DNA of 64,000 bases from Longimicrobiales bacterium. Lineage in GTDB: Bacteria; Gemmatimonadota; Gemmatimonadetes; Longimicrobiales; Gaopeijiaceae. The translations under genes were made by a program, and so were the position numbers. How positions within the stretch are numbered: position 1 is the first letter of the stretch; each line of letters begins with the position of its first letter. The stretch covers positions 768,001 through 832,000 of the forward strand of contig CBDFIQ010000001.1 of the NCBI GenBank assembly GCA_965248195.1, given 5' to 3'. Positions 49,777 to 57,319 of this stretch are shown here, one piece after another. Below the pieces are notes generated by a model, which saw only the letters and a program-made list of their open reading frames with translations, was not told the DNA's origin and searched no databases.

Positions 49777-50580
49777 GTGTTTCCCGTGACAACTCGTATT
49801 GGGGCGCTGGTACTGGTGTTGCTTATGGGCTGCTCTCAGGAGCTGAGCCGGCCCGTGGCCGAGGACCTCATAGCGGCCCATTTGGTGGGCCTCACCCCAA
49901 ACCTACCGGACAGCCTGAGATCGACCGTAGTAGTTGGATCAGTGATCCAAGTGGACGATTTCACCCGCGAAACCCGAATCAATATCATCTTTCGAGCGGA
50001 CACGGTTCCCGCCAGCGCCTTTTTTCGCGAGAGCGATGACGGTTGGGCGTTGGTTGAGTACGGGCCCAATTTCAAAAACACGGTGGCGAGCCTGGTGACC
50101 TCGGATGTCCGTGGCTTGTACATTGACCTGCTCGATGTTCTGGACCGCGTGAACGTACCGCTCCAGGCGTGGGTAGCTGACTTCCTAGACCGCAGCGATG
50201 TTGCCCGAAGAGCACAAGGAGTATCCGGCGATGAGTGGGTACGCCTGTTCGACTTGGCACGCGATGGGCCATCCGAAGAGGTGTCGAGGACTCTTGTGAG
50301 CGATGCTGGAGTTGTGGTCCCAGAAGGGGTTTACTGGAGTCTTGAGCAAAGTGAATACTTTGCTCCCATTCTTTGGGTCGCATCGGATCCAGATCGAGGG
50401 GTTTGGTGTGGGCAGGTATTCAACTACTCCAGCAAAGATGTCCCGCCAGAATTTTTCGGGATCGACGACATGTCTGGCTCATACTGTACGGGCCGTCGGA
50501 GAGCTTACTCCTTGTTGAGTACCTACGAGAGAACCCTCGCCCTGATTGAGGAAGGCGGAGGAATCCTTCTTAACCCGTGA
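49777..50580 (+). CDS. Putative lipoprotein (cargo)
   Basis: Signal with lipobox LLMGC; AGGAGG ribosome-binding site. Confidence 0.7.
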   Translation: MFPVTTRIGALVLVLLMGCSQELSRPVAEDLIAAHLVGLTPNLPDSLRSTVVVGSVIQVDDFTRETRINIIFRADTVPASAFFRESDDGWALVEYGPNFKNTVASLVTSDVRGLYIDLLDVLDRVNVPLQAWVADFLDRSDVARRAQGVSGDEWVRLFDLARDGPSEEVSRTLVSDAGVVVPEGVYWSLEQSEYFAPILWVASDPDRGVWCGQVFNYSSKDVPPEFFGIDDMSGSYCTGRRRAYSLLSTYERTLALIEEGGGILLNP

Positions 50581-51116
50581 CCCTCCGCGACTGGACCGAC
50601 CCCGGCGACAGCAAGAAGAGACTTATATTTCTCGTGATCGTTTGGTTGGGTCACGCAGGCATCGGGACGGCCCAGGTGAGCGACGCGGCTCAAGGCGCGG
50701 CCGATGGCGAGGCCGCCGCCGCCAGTCTACGCGGGCCAGGGGGGTACATCGCGATAATGGGTGCGGGCGGCCTCCTATCCGGCGCAGTTAATAGAAGCCG
50801 CGTGAGCAGTGGGAGGGATCTCGCGACCGAAGCTGGGATCTACGGGGCCATTGGGATAGCCGGTGGGATCGTGATAGGCTTGCTCTCCAGTGACTTGCCA
50901 GACGAGCTCTCGGAAAGCATAGCTGACCGACCCGATGATTATCGAATGTCCTTCGAGCAGGAGTACCGGCAGAGGTATAGATCCGATGCGCTTATACGGG
51001 GAATCTTAGGTGGCCTGGTCGCGGGCGTGGCCTACGCGCTCACCGCGGGAGCAGGCAACGACCGACTCGACGACGGACCATCCTATACCCTCATTTCTGC
51101 TCGTGTCCGATTCTGA
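50577..51116 (+). CDS. Putative secreted or membrane protein (cargo)
   Basis: Signal-like N-terminus and Gly-rich hydrophobic helices; GTGA-coupled. Confidence 0.65.
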   Translation: MTLRDWTDPGDSKKRLIFLVIVWLGHAGIGTAQVSDAAQGAADGEAAAASLRGPGGYIAIMGAGGLLSGAVNRSRVSSGRDLATEAGIYGAIGIAGGIVIGLLSSDLPDELSESIADRPDDYRMSFEQEYRQRYRSDALIRGILGGLVAGVAYALTAGAGNDRLDDGPSYTLISARVRF

Positions 51117-51299
51117 TGTCGGTCCACGAAGTAACCCATGACTCTTCGCGACTGGACCGACCCCCGGTGAGATCACCTCAACAAGGGGAGCTGAAGAGCA
51201 ATGGCAAATGATGATCACCCTGGCACTGCGCAAGGAACTCGATGTATTCATGGACCTCGGAAAGCAACTCAATCAACAGGTGGTCGAGAAGAGGTGGGA

Positions 51300-51374
51300 G
51301 AGCCCCAGCCGCTCGATGATCGAGCCCGAATCATGGGCCGCGTCGTCTGGTGGGCGCACACGGAGGAGGGGTAA
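51300..51374 (+). repeat. Orphan S24 repressor 3' end, type B copy 3
   Basis: EPQPLDDRARIMGRVVWWAHTEEG*. Confidence 0.85.
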
Positions 51375-51438
51375 TCCTTGCTATACTCCATGACATGTAC
51401 TATACTACATTATCAGTATGATACATGGGGTGTAGCTT

Positions 51439-51729
51439 ATGATCGGTGCGTTTCGCAACCGGCAGACCGAGGAGATCTACCACGATGAGGGGCGTCGGTC
51501 CAAGGCTGCACTCCGGACTCTGCCGGCCGACTTGTGGGGCGGCGCCTATCGGAAGATGGCGGCGCTGGGTGCAGCGACGACACTGAACGACCTCTCACGG
51601 TTCGGCTTGGAGAAGCTGACGAAAGACAGAAAGGGGCAACACTCGATACGGATCAACGACCAGTACCGGATTTGCTTTGAATGGACCGAAGCCGGTCCCC
51701 GTGAAGTCGAGATAACCGACTACCACTAG
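51439..51729 (+). CDS. higB: HigB-like RelE/ParE toxin
   Basis: LEKLTKDRKGQHSIRINDQYRICFEW...VEITDYH. Confidence 0.93.
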   Translation: MIGAFRNRQTEEIYHDEGRRSKAALRTLPADLWGGAYRKMAALGAATTLNDLSRFGLEKLTKDRKGQHSIRINDQYRICFEWTEAGPREVEITDYH

Positions 51730-51804
51730 AGGCAGACACCCACGAAGTCCACGAAAGCAAAAAGCACGGGGCGACCACGCTCGCCCCAGGAGGGTCGCCA
51801 CAAC

Positions 51805-52116
51805 ATGCTTCTACCCAAGGGGAGGGTCCCGGTCCATCCGGGAGAGATGTTGCTCGAGGAGTTTCTAAAGCCTGCGTGCATAAGCCAGTACAAGCTGTCC
51901 AAGGACACGGGGATGACGTATCGCCGCGTGAACGAGATCGTGAACGGTCGCCGTCCGGTCACGCTCGACACCGCGTTCCGGTTCGCTCGCTATTTCGACA
52001 TGAGTGCCGGGTTCTGGATCAACCTACAGGCTGCGTGGGACACCTGGTATTTCCAGAATTCGGAGGACTACAAGGCCATCGAGAAGGACGTCGAGCCGAT
52101 GGAGGCCGTGGGCTAG
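51805..52116 (+). CDS. higA: HigA-family antitoxin
   Basis: PVHPGEMLLEEFLKP, RVNEIVNGRR, FWINLQ. Confidence 0.94.
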   Translation: MLLPKGRVPVHPGEMLLEEFLKPACISQYKLSKDTGMTYRRVNEIVNGRRPVTLDTAFRFARYFDMSAGFWINLQAAWDTWYFQNSEDYKAIEKDVEPMEAVG

Positions 52117-52231
52117 GCCGGGTGTGCCTCGTAACCCATCGCGCCGACCGACCTGCCGCCACTCACCGACTCGCCAGCGCATATGCAGCCGCGAACACGC
52201 CAGCATGGGGTGATCCATCGGAGGTCTGTCA

Positions 52232-52288
52232 GACGACGATCGAGCCCGAATCCTAGGCTGCGTAGTCTGGTGGGCGCATACGGATTAG
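52232..52288 (+). repeat. Orphan S24 repressor 3' end, type B copy 4
   Basis: DDDRARILGCVVWWAHTD*. Confidence 0.85.
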
Positions 52289-52565
52289 GGGTGAGGGGGT
52301 GGGGAGTCAGGTCATGTGGAGGACGCTGTGAGCCGGACGCGACACCTGGTGCAGCCGTACCGTGAGGTTGAAGAAGCGTTACTTGCAGGGCGGTCACCCG
52401 CGGGGTGGTCGTTCTCGTGTTCAGCGATGATCTGTCCACGGCTACGGCACCCTGGCTTCCCCAGCCAAGAAACCAAGTCCCGCCTCTCGCTGTGCCTCGG
52501 CTGCTTGCTCGATTCCGAGGCAAGCGCGATTGTTGACTATGGTACCTTGGGTCGATTTTGCAGAC

Positions 52566-53117
52566 GTGGACGACAGCGAAGACTTCTTGCCCTTTAGGGA
52601 AGACAAGGCGACACAGGTTGCATCCCGCTTCATCGAGAAAGAGGGCGGGAGCATTCGCATCCTCAAGCTCGTCAAGCTGGTGTACCTCACGGACCGCACG
52701 AGTCTGCTGCGATTCGGCAGGCCAGTGACTTTTGACGAATTCTACTCCTTGCCCTACGGCCCCATTCCGAGTTCGACGCTCGACCGCATCAACTCTTATG
52801 GGTTCGAGGACTCTGTCTGGAAGCGGTTCATCAGCCTACGCGAGGGGAACACGGTAAGGCTCGTCGCTCCGGCTAAACCTTCGGATCTGTCGAAGGCGGA
52901 GGTAGACCTTATCGACGAGGTCTGGGACGAGTATGGGCGCATTGATGTTGTCGAATACAGCCACCAACTGCCGGAGTGGGAACATCCCCAGGAGAAAGGA
53001 AGGCTTAGGATCAGATACGCAGACATCCTGAAAGCGGAAGGGTGGCCTGCAGATGAAATATCCGAACTCTTAGGGGTGCTGAAGGCAGAGAAGGTAGCAA
53101 CCGACCTCCTGGGATGA
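52566..53117 (+). CDS. Panacea/SocA (DUF4065) antitoxin-domain protein
   Basis: KATQ...LKLVKLVYLTDR...GRPVT.D..YSLPYGPIPS...YSHQLPEW; start uncertain. Confidence 0.85.
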   Translation: MDDSEDFLPFREDKATQVASRFIEKEGGSIRILKLVKLVYLTDRTSLLRFGRPVTFDEFYSLPYGPIPSSTLDRINSYGFEDSVWKRFISLREGNTVRLVAPAKPSDLSKAEVDLIDEVWDEYGRIDVVEYSHQLPEWEHPQEKGRLRIRYADILKAEGWPADEISELLGVLKAEKVATDLLG

Positions 53118-53424
53118 ATGAACAGGGGCCCGTTGCGTTGCGTATGTGTAGGTACAATATTGCAGGTGCGGCCCCACCAGGTACCGAACCCCCTAACCAT
53201 CTTAGGGTGAGCGCCGCCACGAAACGGCGAATAGGGCCTGGGGGGCCATGCCCGGCTCATTGATTGTGGATTTGCTAGAGGCGCAGGCCGGTGCGAGCTA
53301 GGACACCCGTAGCCTAAAGGGGCGTCCTTAGGAAACCGATGGCCTGTCAGGGGGGTTTAACACTTGTGTACGGACTGTCCCAACGTATTTTCTCGGTGCA
53401 TGGACCCAATATGGGAGGCTGAGT

Positions 53425-53616
53425 ATGAGTGATGCGCCGGATCGGGCTAAGGTCACGGTGAGGGATTCGGGTGTCCGTACAGTATCTGTAGCTGACATCC
53501 TGAGGAGCAGAGCAGGTCAAGAAGCAATCCGCGAGACGGCCAAGCTCGGGCTCGGCTCCGAGGCCAGTGCAAGAACAGAGAAGAGCGATCCCGAGGTGAG
53601 CCCGCCAGACAGTTAG
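53425..53616 (+). CDS. Small hypothetical protein
   Basis: GGAGG ribosome-binding site; ends 3 bp before the next gene. Confidence 0.55.
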   Translation: MSDAPDRAKVTVRDSGVRTVSVADILRSRAGQEAIRETAKLGLGSEASARTEKSDPEVSPPDS

Positions 53617-53619
53617 CAC

Positions 53620-54345
53620 GTGCCGTTCAACGTACTCCTCCTTCCCCTCCTCGGGGGATACGTCTTTATTTCACACTGGAACAAGACGCGGTTCGGTGCC
53701 CGGAGGTACACGGGCCAACGGCTGATCCTCCACTCGGCCCTCGCAGGTGTCTGTTTGTTCCTGGTCTCTTTCTTGATTACAAAGTTCGGTGCTATCTGCT
53801 TTCCTGAACTTCTCTCTTGGTGGCGTGCGTATGTTTCCCGTGAATCGTTTGCGGGGACGTCGTTTCTCGCATTTCTAATAGGGTCGGTGGGATGGAAGCC
53901 GATAAACTGGTTCTTTGACAGAAATATCGAGTCTTTGCGGGCAGTTAAGGAGTCGGGGGATTTTCTTGAGGAACTCCTAGAGCACTCCAAAACAGAGGCC
54001 AAGCAGGTGTCCGTCACGCTGAGGTCCGGCAAGATCTATGTGGGGTTCGTGACGGGTTCCTTTGACCCCGCCTTCGATCGAAAATATGTGAGCCTCTTTA
54101 CCACGCTGAGTGGCTACCGTGAGTCGACGACCCAGCAGATGAAGATCTCTCACAACTATGCTATCACGTGGGCGGAGGAGCTGGAGGCGGAGGAGCTGGA
54201 GGCGGAGGAGCTGAAGGAGAGGTTTCAGTTGGTCATCCCGGTATCCGAGATCGTTTCCGCTAGCCTCTTTGAGCCAGAGGTCTACATGCGATTCCAGAGA
54301 TCCACGCTCGACCAGTCAAGAACCGATACACCCATTATCGACTAG
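53620..54345 (+). CDS. Membrane protein with a C-terminal Sm-like beta domain (DUF6338-like)
   Basis: Three hydrophobic helices, then VSVTLRSGKIYVGFV...LVIPVSEIVS; (AEELE)3 repeat. Confidence 0.65.
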   Translation: MPFNVLLLPLLGGYVFISHWNKTRFGARRYTGQRLILHSALAGVCLFLVSFLITKFGAICFPELLSWWRAYVSRESFAGTSFLAFLIGSVGWKPINWFFDRNIESLRAVKESGDFLEELLEHSKTEAKQVSVTLRSGKIYVGFVTGSFDPAFDRKYVSLFTTLSGYRESTTQQMKISHNYAITWAEELEAEELEAEELKERFQLVIPVSEIVSASLFEPEVYMRFQRSTLDQSRTDTPIID

Positions 54346-54575
54346 CGATCACATACCCAGCGGCGAACACGCCAGCGTACTTGAGGGCACCGACCACCGG
54401 GCCAGTCCACCTCGTGTCGTTCCGCTGTACCTCGATCCGTAGGCGAGCCTCGTAGTCCTGGATCACCTGGTCTTGGGTGGCGCTCACCCTTTCGGCGGCG
54501 GCGTAGCGAGTCTGCCAGAGCCGGGCAGTGGAATCAGCGACCGCGAGTTGTGAGCGCAGCGACCGGACAAGTGTC
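54335..54575 (-). pseudogene. Orphan 3' fragment of a coiled-coil lysis-accessory-like gene
   Basis: Coiled coil plus C-terminal hydrophobic helix with no credible start; architecture parallels the end of 54703-55377. Confidence 0.45.
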
Positions 54576-54643
54576 CGGTGCCGTGTCCGTTTGCCATTCT
54601 GACGCTCCGTCTGAAAAAAAGGGGGGGGATATGGCCACACCCA

Positions 54644-54681
54644 GGGTGGTCCTCTAATTTTTTGAAAAGTAGGGACCACCC
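54644..54681. terminator. Long hairpin at the end of the late operon
   Basis: GGGTGGTCC-TCTAATTTT-ttg-AAAAGTAG-GGACCACCC. Confidence 0.5.
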
Positions 54682-54702
54682 ACGGGGATTCGCTGGTGGG
54701 CG

Positions 54703-55377
54703 CTAGAAGATCCAGTCGATCAGCTTCGAGCCACCCTGCGTGACCAGAAACGTCGTGCCGCCGACGATGAGCGCTTCGATGGTGGAGCCTCCGAGCAGCT
54801 CAGTCGTGACGAGGTAGCCGCCGGCTCCGAGCGCCGCGGACTCAAGCGTACTGAAGCCGTCATGTCGCAGGTCTTCGAGTAGCGCGACCTGTTCGGTGGC
54901 GATGCCGATTTCGGATTCCAGCCCGGATATGAGCGCGTCGCGTGTGGTGATCTGGCCGCGCAGTACGTCGGCGGCATCGCGTTCGGCGTAGATGACGATG
55001 TTCAATACCGCGACCTCGGTCTCGTGCATGCGTTCTCGGCGTTCGACGAGCGCTCGGATTTCTGGCATCGAGTCGGGCACGGATTCGATGATCCGGACGT
55101 AAGTCTGACGCCCTTCGGCGGATACTTCACTCGCTCGGTGTTCCGCGTCTTCGACTACCGCGTTGAGCTGGGCGATCGAGTCGGCTGCGATGCGGTCTAT
55201 CTGGTCCTTCGCGGCGCGGAGAGCGTCGTTCTCGCGTTGGGCCGCTTCGCGTTCAGAGCGCACGAATTCGAGCTCGGCTTCCTTCGCGGCTACCGAGTCG
55301 ACCCCGGCTCGCCACAGTCCAAAAGCGGACAGCGCGAGTATGGCCAGGAGCAACTCGGGGCGCGTTGGGGCCCTCAT
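54703..55377 (-). CDS. Membrane-anchored coiled-coil protein (spanin-like position)
   Basis: N-terminal hydrophobic helix, long coiled coil; follows the endolysin. Confidence 0.6.
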   Translation of the reverse strand: MRAPTRPELLLAILALSAFGLWRAGVDSVAAKEAELEFVRSEREAAQRENDALRAAKDQIDRIAADSIAQLNAVVEDAEHRASEVSAEGRQTYVRIIESVPDSMPEIRALVERRERMHETEVAVLNIVIYAERDAADVLRGQITTRDALISGLESEIGIATEQVALLEDLRHDGFSTLESAALGAGGYLVTTELLGGSTIEALIVGGTTFLVTQGGSKLIDWIF

Positions 55378-55925
55378 GCCGCCCTCGACACCTTGGGCAG
55401 CAGCTGGCGGATGTCGTCGACCGACAGGATCGGGTTGTTCGGGTCGGCGCCTTCGGGGTCGGTCTTGCGACTGCGGGGCCAGGCTTCGCTGGAGTGGCCG
55501 ACGATGCGCCACGTGTCACTGAGGTTCCAGCCGTGTTTCTTGTAGTAGATGCGGCAGAGCAGGGCCATGGTGAGCATCTGTAGCGGCGTGACGTCGTGCT
55601 TCCCACTGGAAGCGATCGCGATGCCGTAGAACGCCGAGTTGGAGTCGCCGTAATGGAGCCTGTCGGGGTCTGCGGGCCTGCACCGGCCTGCATGCCACGC
55701 ACGGGCCGTGTCGGGCGCGATACGAACATAGGAGCCGTCGTCGAGGACGAGCAGGTTGTAGCTGACCTTACATCGCTCGTCGGCAAACCACTGGACGGCT
55801 CCGCGGTCCGATCCGCTCCCATCGTAGTGGAGCATGATCCCGATCCGTTCCTCACGCAGCGTTCCGTATTGCTGGTTCAGGATCTCGGCCGTGAGCGTCG
55901 GCGTCCAGACGAGTTGGCCGGTCAT
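55374..55925 (-). CDS. Endolysin, N-acetylmuramoyl-L-alanine amidase (Amidase_2)
   Basis: IMLHY, SYNLLV..DG, RAWHAG, IVGHS...RKTDP. Confidence 0.9.
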   Translation of the reverse strand: MTGQLVWTPTLTAEILNQQYGTLREERIGIMLHYDGSGSDRGAVQWFADERCKVSYNLLVLDDGSYVRIAPDTARAWHAGRCRPADPDRLHYGDSNSAFYGIAIASSGKHDVTPLQMLTMALLCRIYYKKHGWNLSDTWRIVGHSSEAWPRSRKTDPEGADPNNPILSVDDIRQLLPKVSRAA

Positions 55926-56224
55926 CGCTCGTCGTCCTTGTAGCGGTCGTCGGTGCCGGCGTTGCGGCGTGCGGCGGCGGCGACGGCCGCTGCGACACCG
56001 CCGAGCTGCGGGCCGACATACTGGGCGATCCGCGGCCCGGCGGCCCAAGCCAGCAGCCCCGTGCAGACCGTTCCCATGAGCACGTATGCGGGGCCGGGCA
56101 CGTTCCAGGCCAGCGAGTCCAGCACGATCAGTGCACCGGCGAAGAGCAGCGCACCGATCAGCAGCAACCGTGCCGAGGATCTGGAGCCGCGCTCATCGTG
56201 GAGGAACCCCGGTTCCTTGCTCAT
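55922..56224 (-). CDS. Small two-helix membrane protein (holin or antiholin-like)
   Basis: GSRSSARLL followed by two hydrophobic helices; ATGA-coupled to the endolysin. Confidence 0.6.
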   Translation of the reverse strand: MSKEPGFLHDERGSRSSARLLLIGALLFAGALIVLDSLAWNVPGPAYVLMGTVCTGLLAWAAGPRIAQYVGPQLGGVAAAVAAAARRNAGTDDRYKDDER

Positions 56225-56748
56225 GACCCATTCCCCCCGCCCAACCACGGCACTGACTTCATCCTGAGTTTCGCCGACTTGACGAAGAACTGCGCGTTGC
56301 CCTGAAACGAGATCGCCTCCTCCCAGAACATCCCGACGGTGGCCGTCATCACCAGCTTCCCCGCCGGATCCCATCCGATGATCTCGAAGGTCATGCCCTC
56401 GATGAATGCCGCCATGATCACGACCAAGAAGATCACCAGGAGCTTCAGGACCCCGTTGCGCGCCTTGTCGGCACGGAGCTTGACCTTCGGATCCGCGATC
56501 GCGCGCAGCACGCCGGCAGCCCAATCCACGCTCCAAGCACCCAGCAGGAACCAGAACGGAACGCCGAACGCGGCCTGTGTCTGAGTAAGCACAGCCACGA
56601 GGGCGCCCATGCCTACTTTTGGGACCGGCGAGTGCGTGACCGTGTCCTGGAGGTAGTGGCCGAAGTAGGCGAAGAACGACTGGGCCGTGTGGGGCTCCAA
56701 GCTCCCATCCACTGGCCCGACCCAGGTGCCTTCGTCAATGATGCACAT
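56221..56748 (-). CDS. Phage holin family protein
   Basis: VDWAAGVLRA...KARNGVLK...EAISFQGN pattern; three hydrophobic helices. Confidence 0.7.
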   Translation of the reverse strand: MCIIDEGTWVGPVDGSLEPHTAQSFFAYFGHYLQDTVTHSPVPKVGMGALVAVLTQTQAAFGVPFWFLLGAWSVDWAAGVLRAIADPKVKLRADKARNGVLKLLVIFLVVIMAAFIEGMTFEIIGWDPAGKLVMTATVGMFWEEAISFQGNAQFFVKSAKLRMKSVPWLGGGNGS

Positions 56749-56972
56749 ATCACAGACCAGCGTGCGAGAGTGAAGTGACGTACGGACCCTTGGAACCCAG
56801 CCTTGTCTTCCTCTTGACCCAGCCAACAAAGGTCTTCCAGGGAGCCATTAGGACCCCCTCTCGGCCTTCGGCTGCCCCTTTGGTACGTGGGCAACCCAGT
56901 CTCTCCGGTTTCCACTGAGACGCCTTCTAAACTGTTTTGGTGCGTCAGCCCACCGATAGATGCACAGCGTCT

Positions 56973-57317
56973 TCATTCCTCTTCACCGATTATGCGCAAT
57001 ATGTCCGCCGACTCCGTTACCCAGTTCCGCAGGACCACCGAGAGCTTGTGTTGGTAGTCGTCGACGTTCGCGACGTGCCTCCGGATCGCGACCATCGTCT
57101 GGCGCGCCGACTCGTATTTCCCGTGGACCGCCAGGTTCGTCTCGTCCTCGATCGCATCGAAGAGGAGCGCCTCGATCGCGGCGACTTGCTCGAGAAGCGG
57201 ATGGACGCAGGAGCGTTGCTTCTTGATCCCCGCGGCGATCGAAGCTCGATCGCCTCTGGGCACGGTCGGCGCGAGGAGCTTGGCTTTGAGGAGCGTGGTA
57301 GATGGAGAGACTGGCAT
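56973..57317 (-). CDS. Hypothetical helical phage protein
   Basis: Starts 2 bp after the tail gene stop. Confidence 0.6.
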   Translation of the reverse strand: MPVSPSTTLLKAKLLAPTVPRGDRASIAAGIKKQRSCVHPLLEQVAAIEALLFDAIEDETNLAVHGKYESARQTMVAIRRHVANVDDYQHKLSVVLRNWVTESADILRIIGEEE

Positions 57318-57319
57318 AG

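Noticed and set aside
49213..52288. CRISPR array or classical integron
   Set aside because: Spacing is gene-sized and irregular, the repeats read as protein ends, and there is no cas or intI gene and no attC R-box consensus
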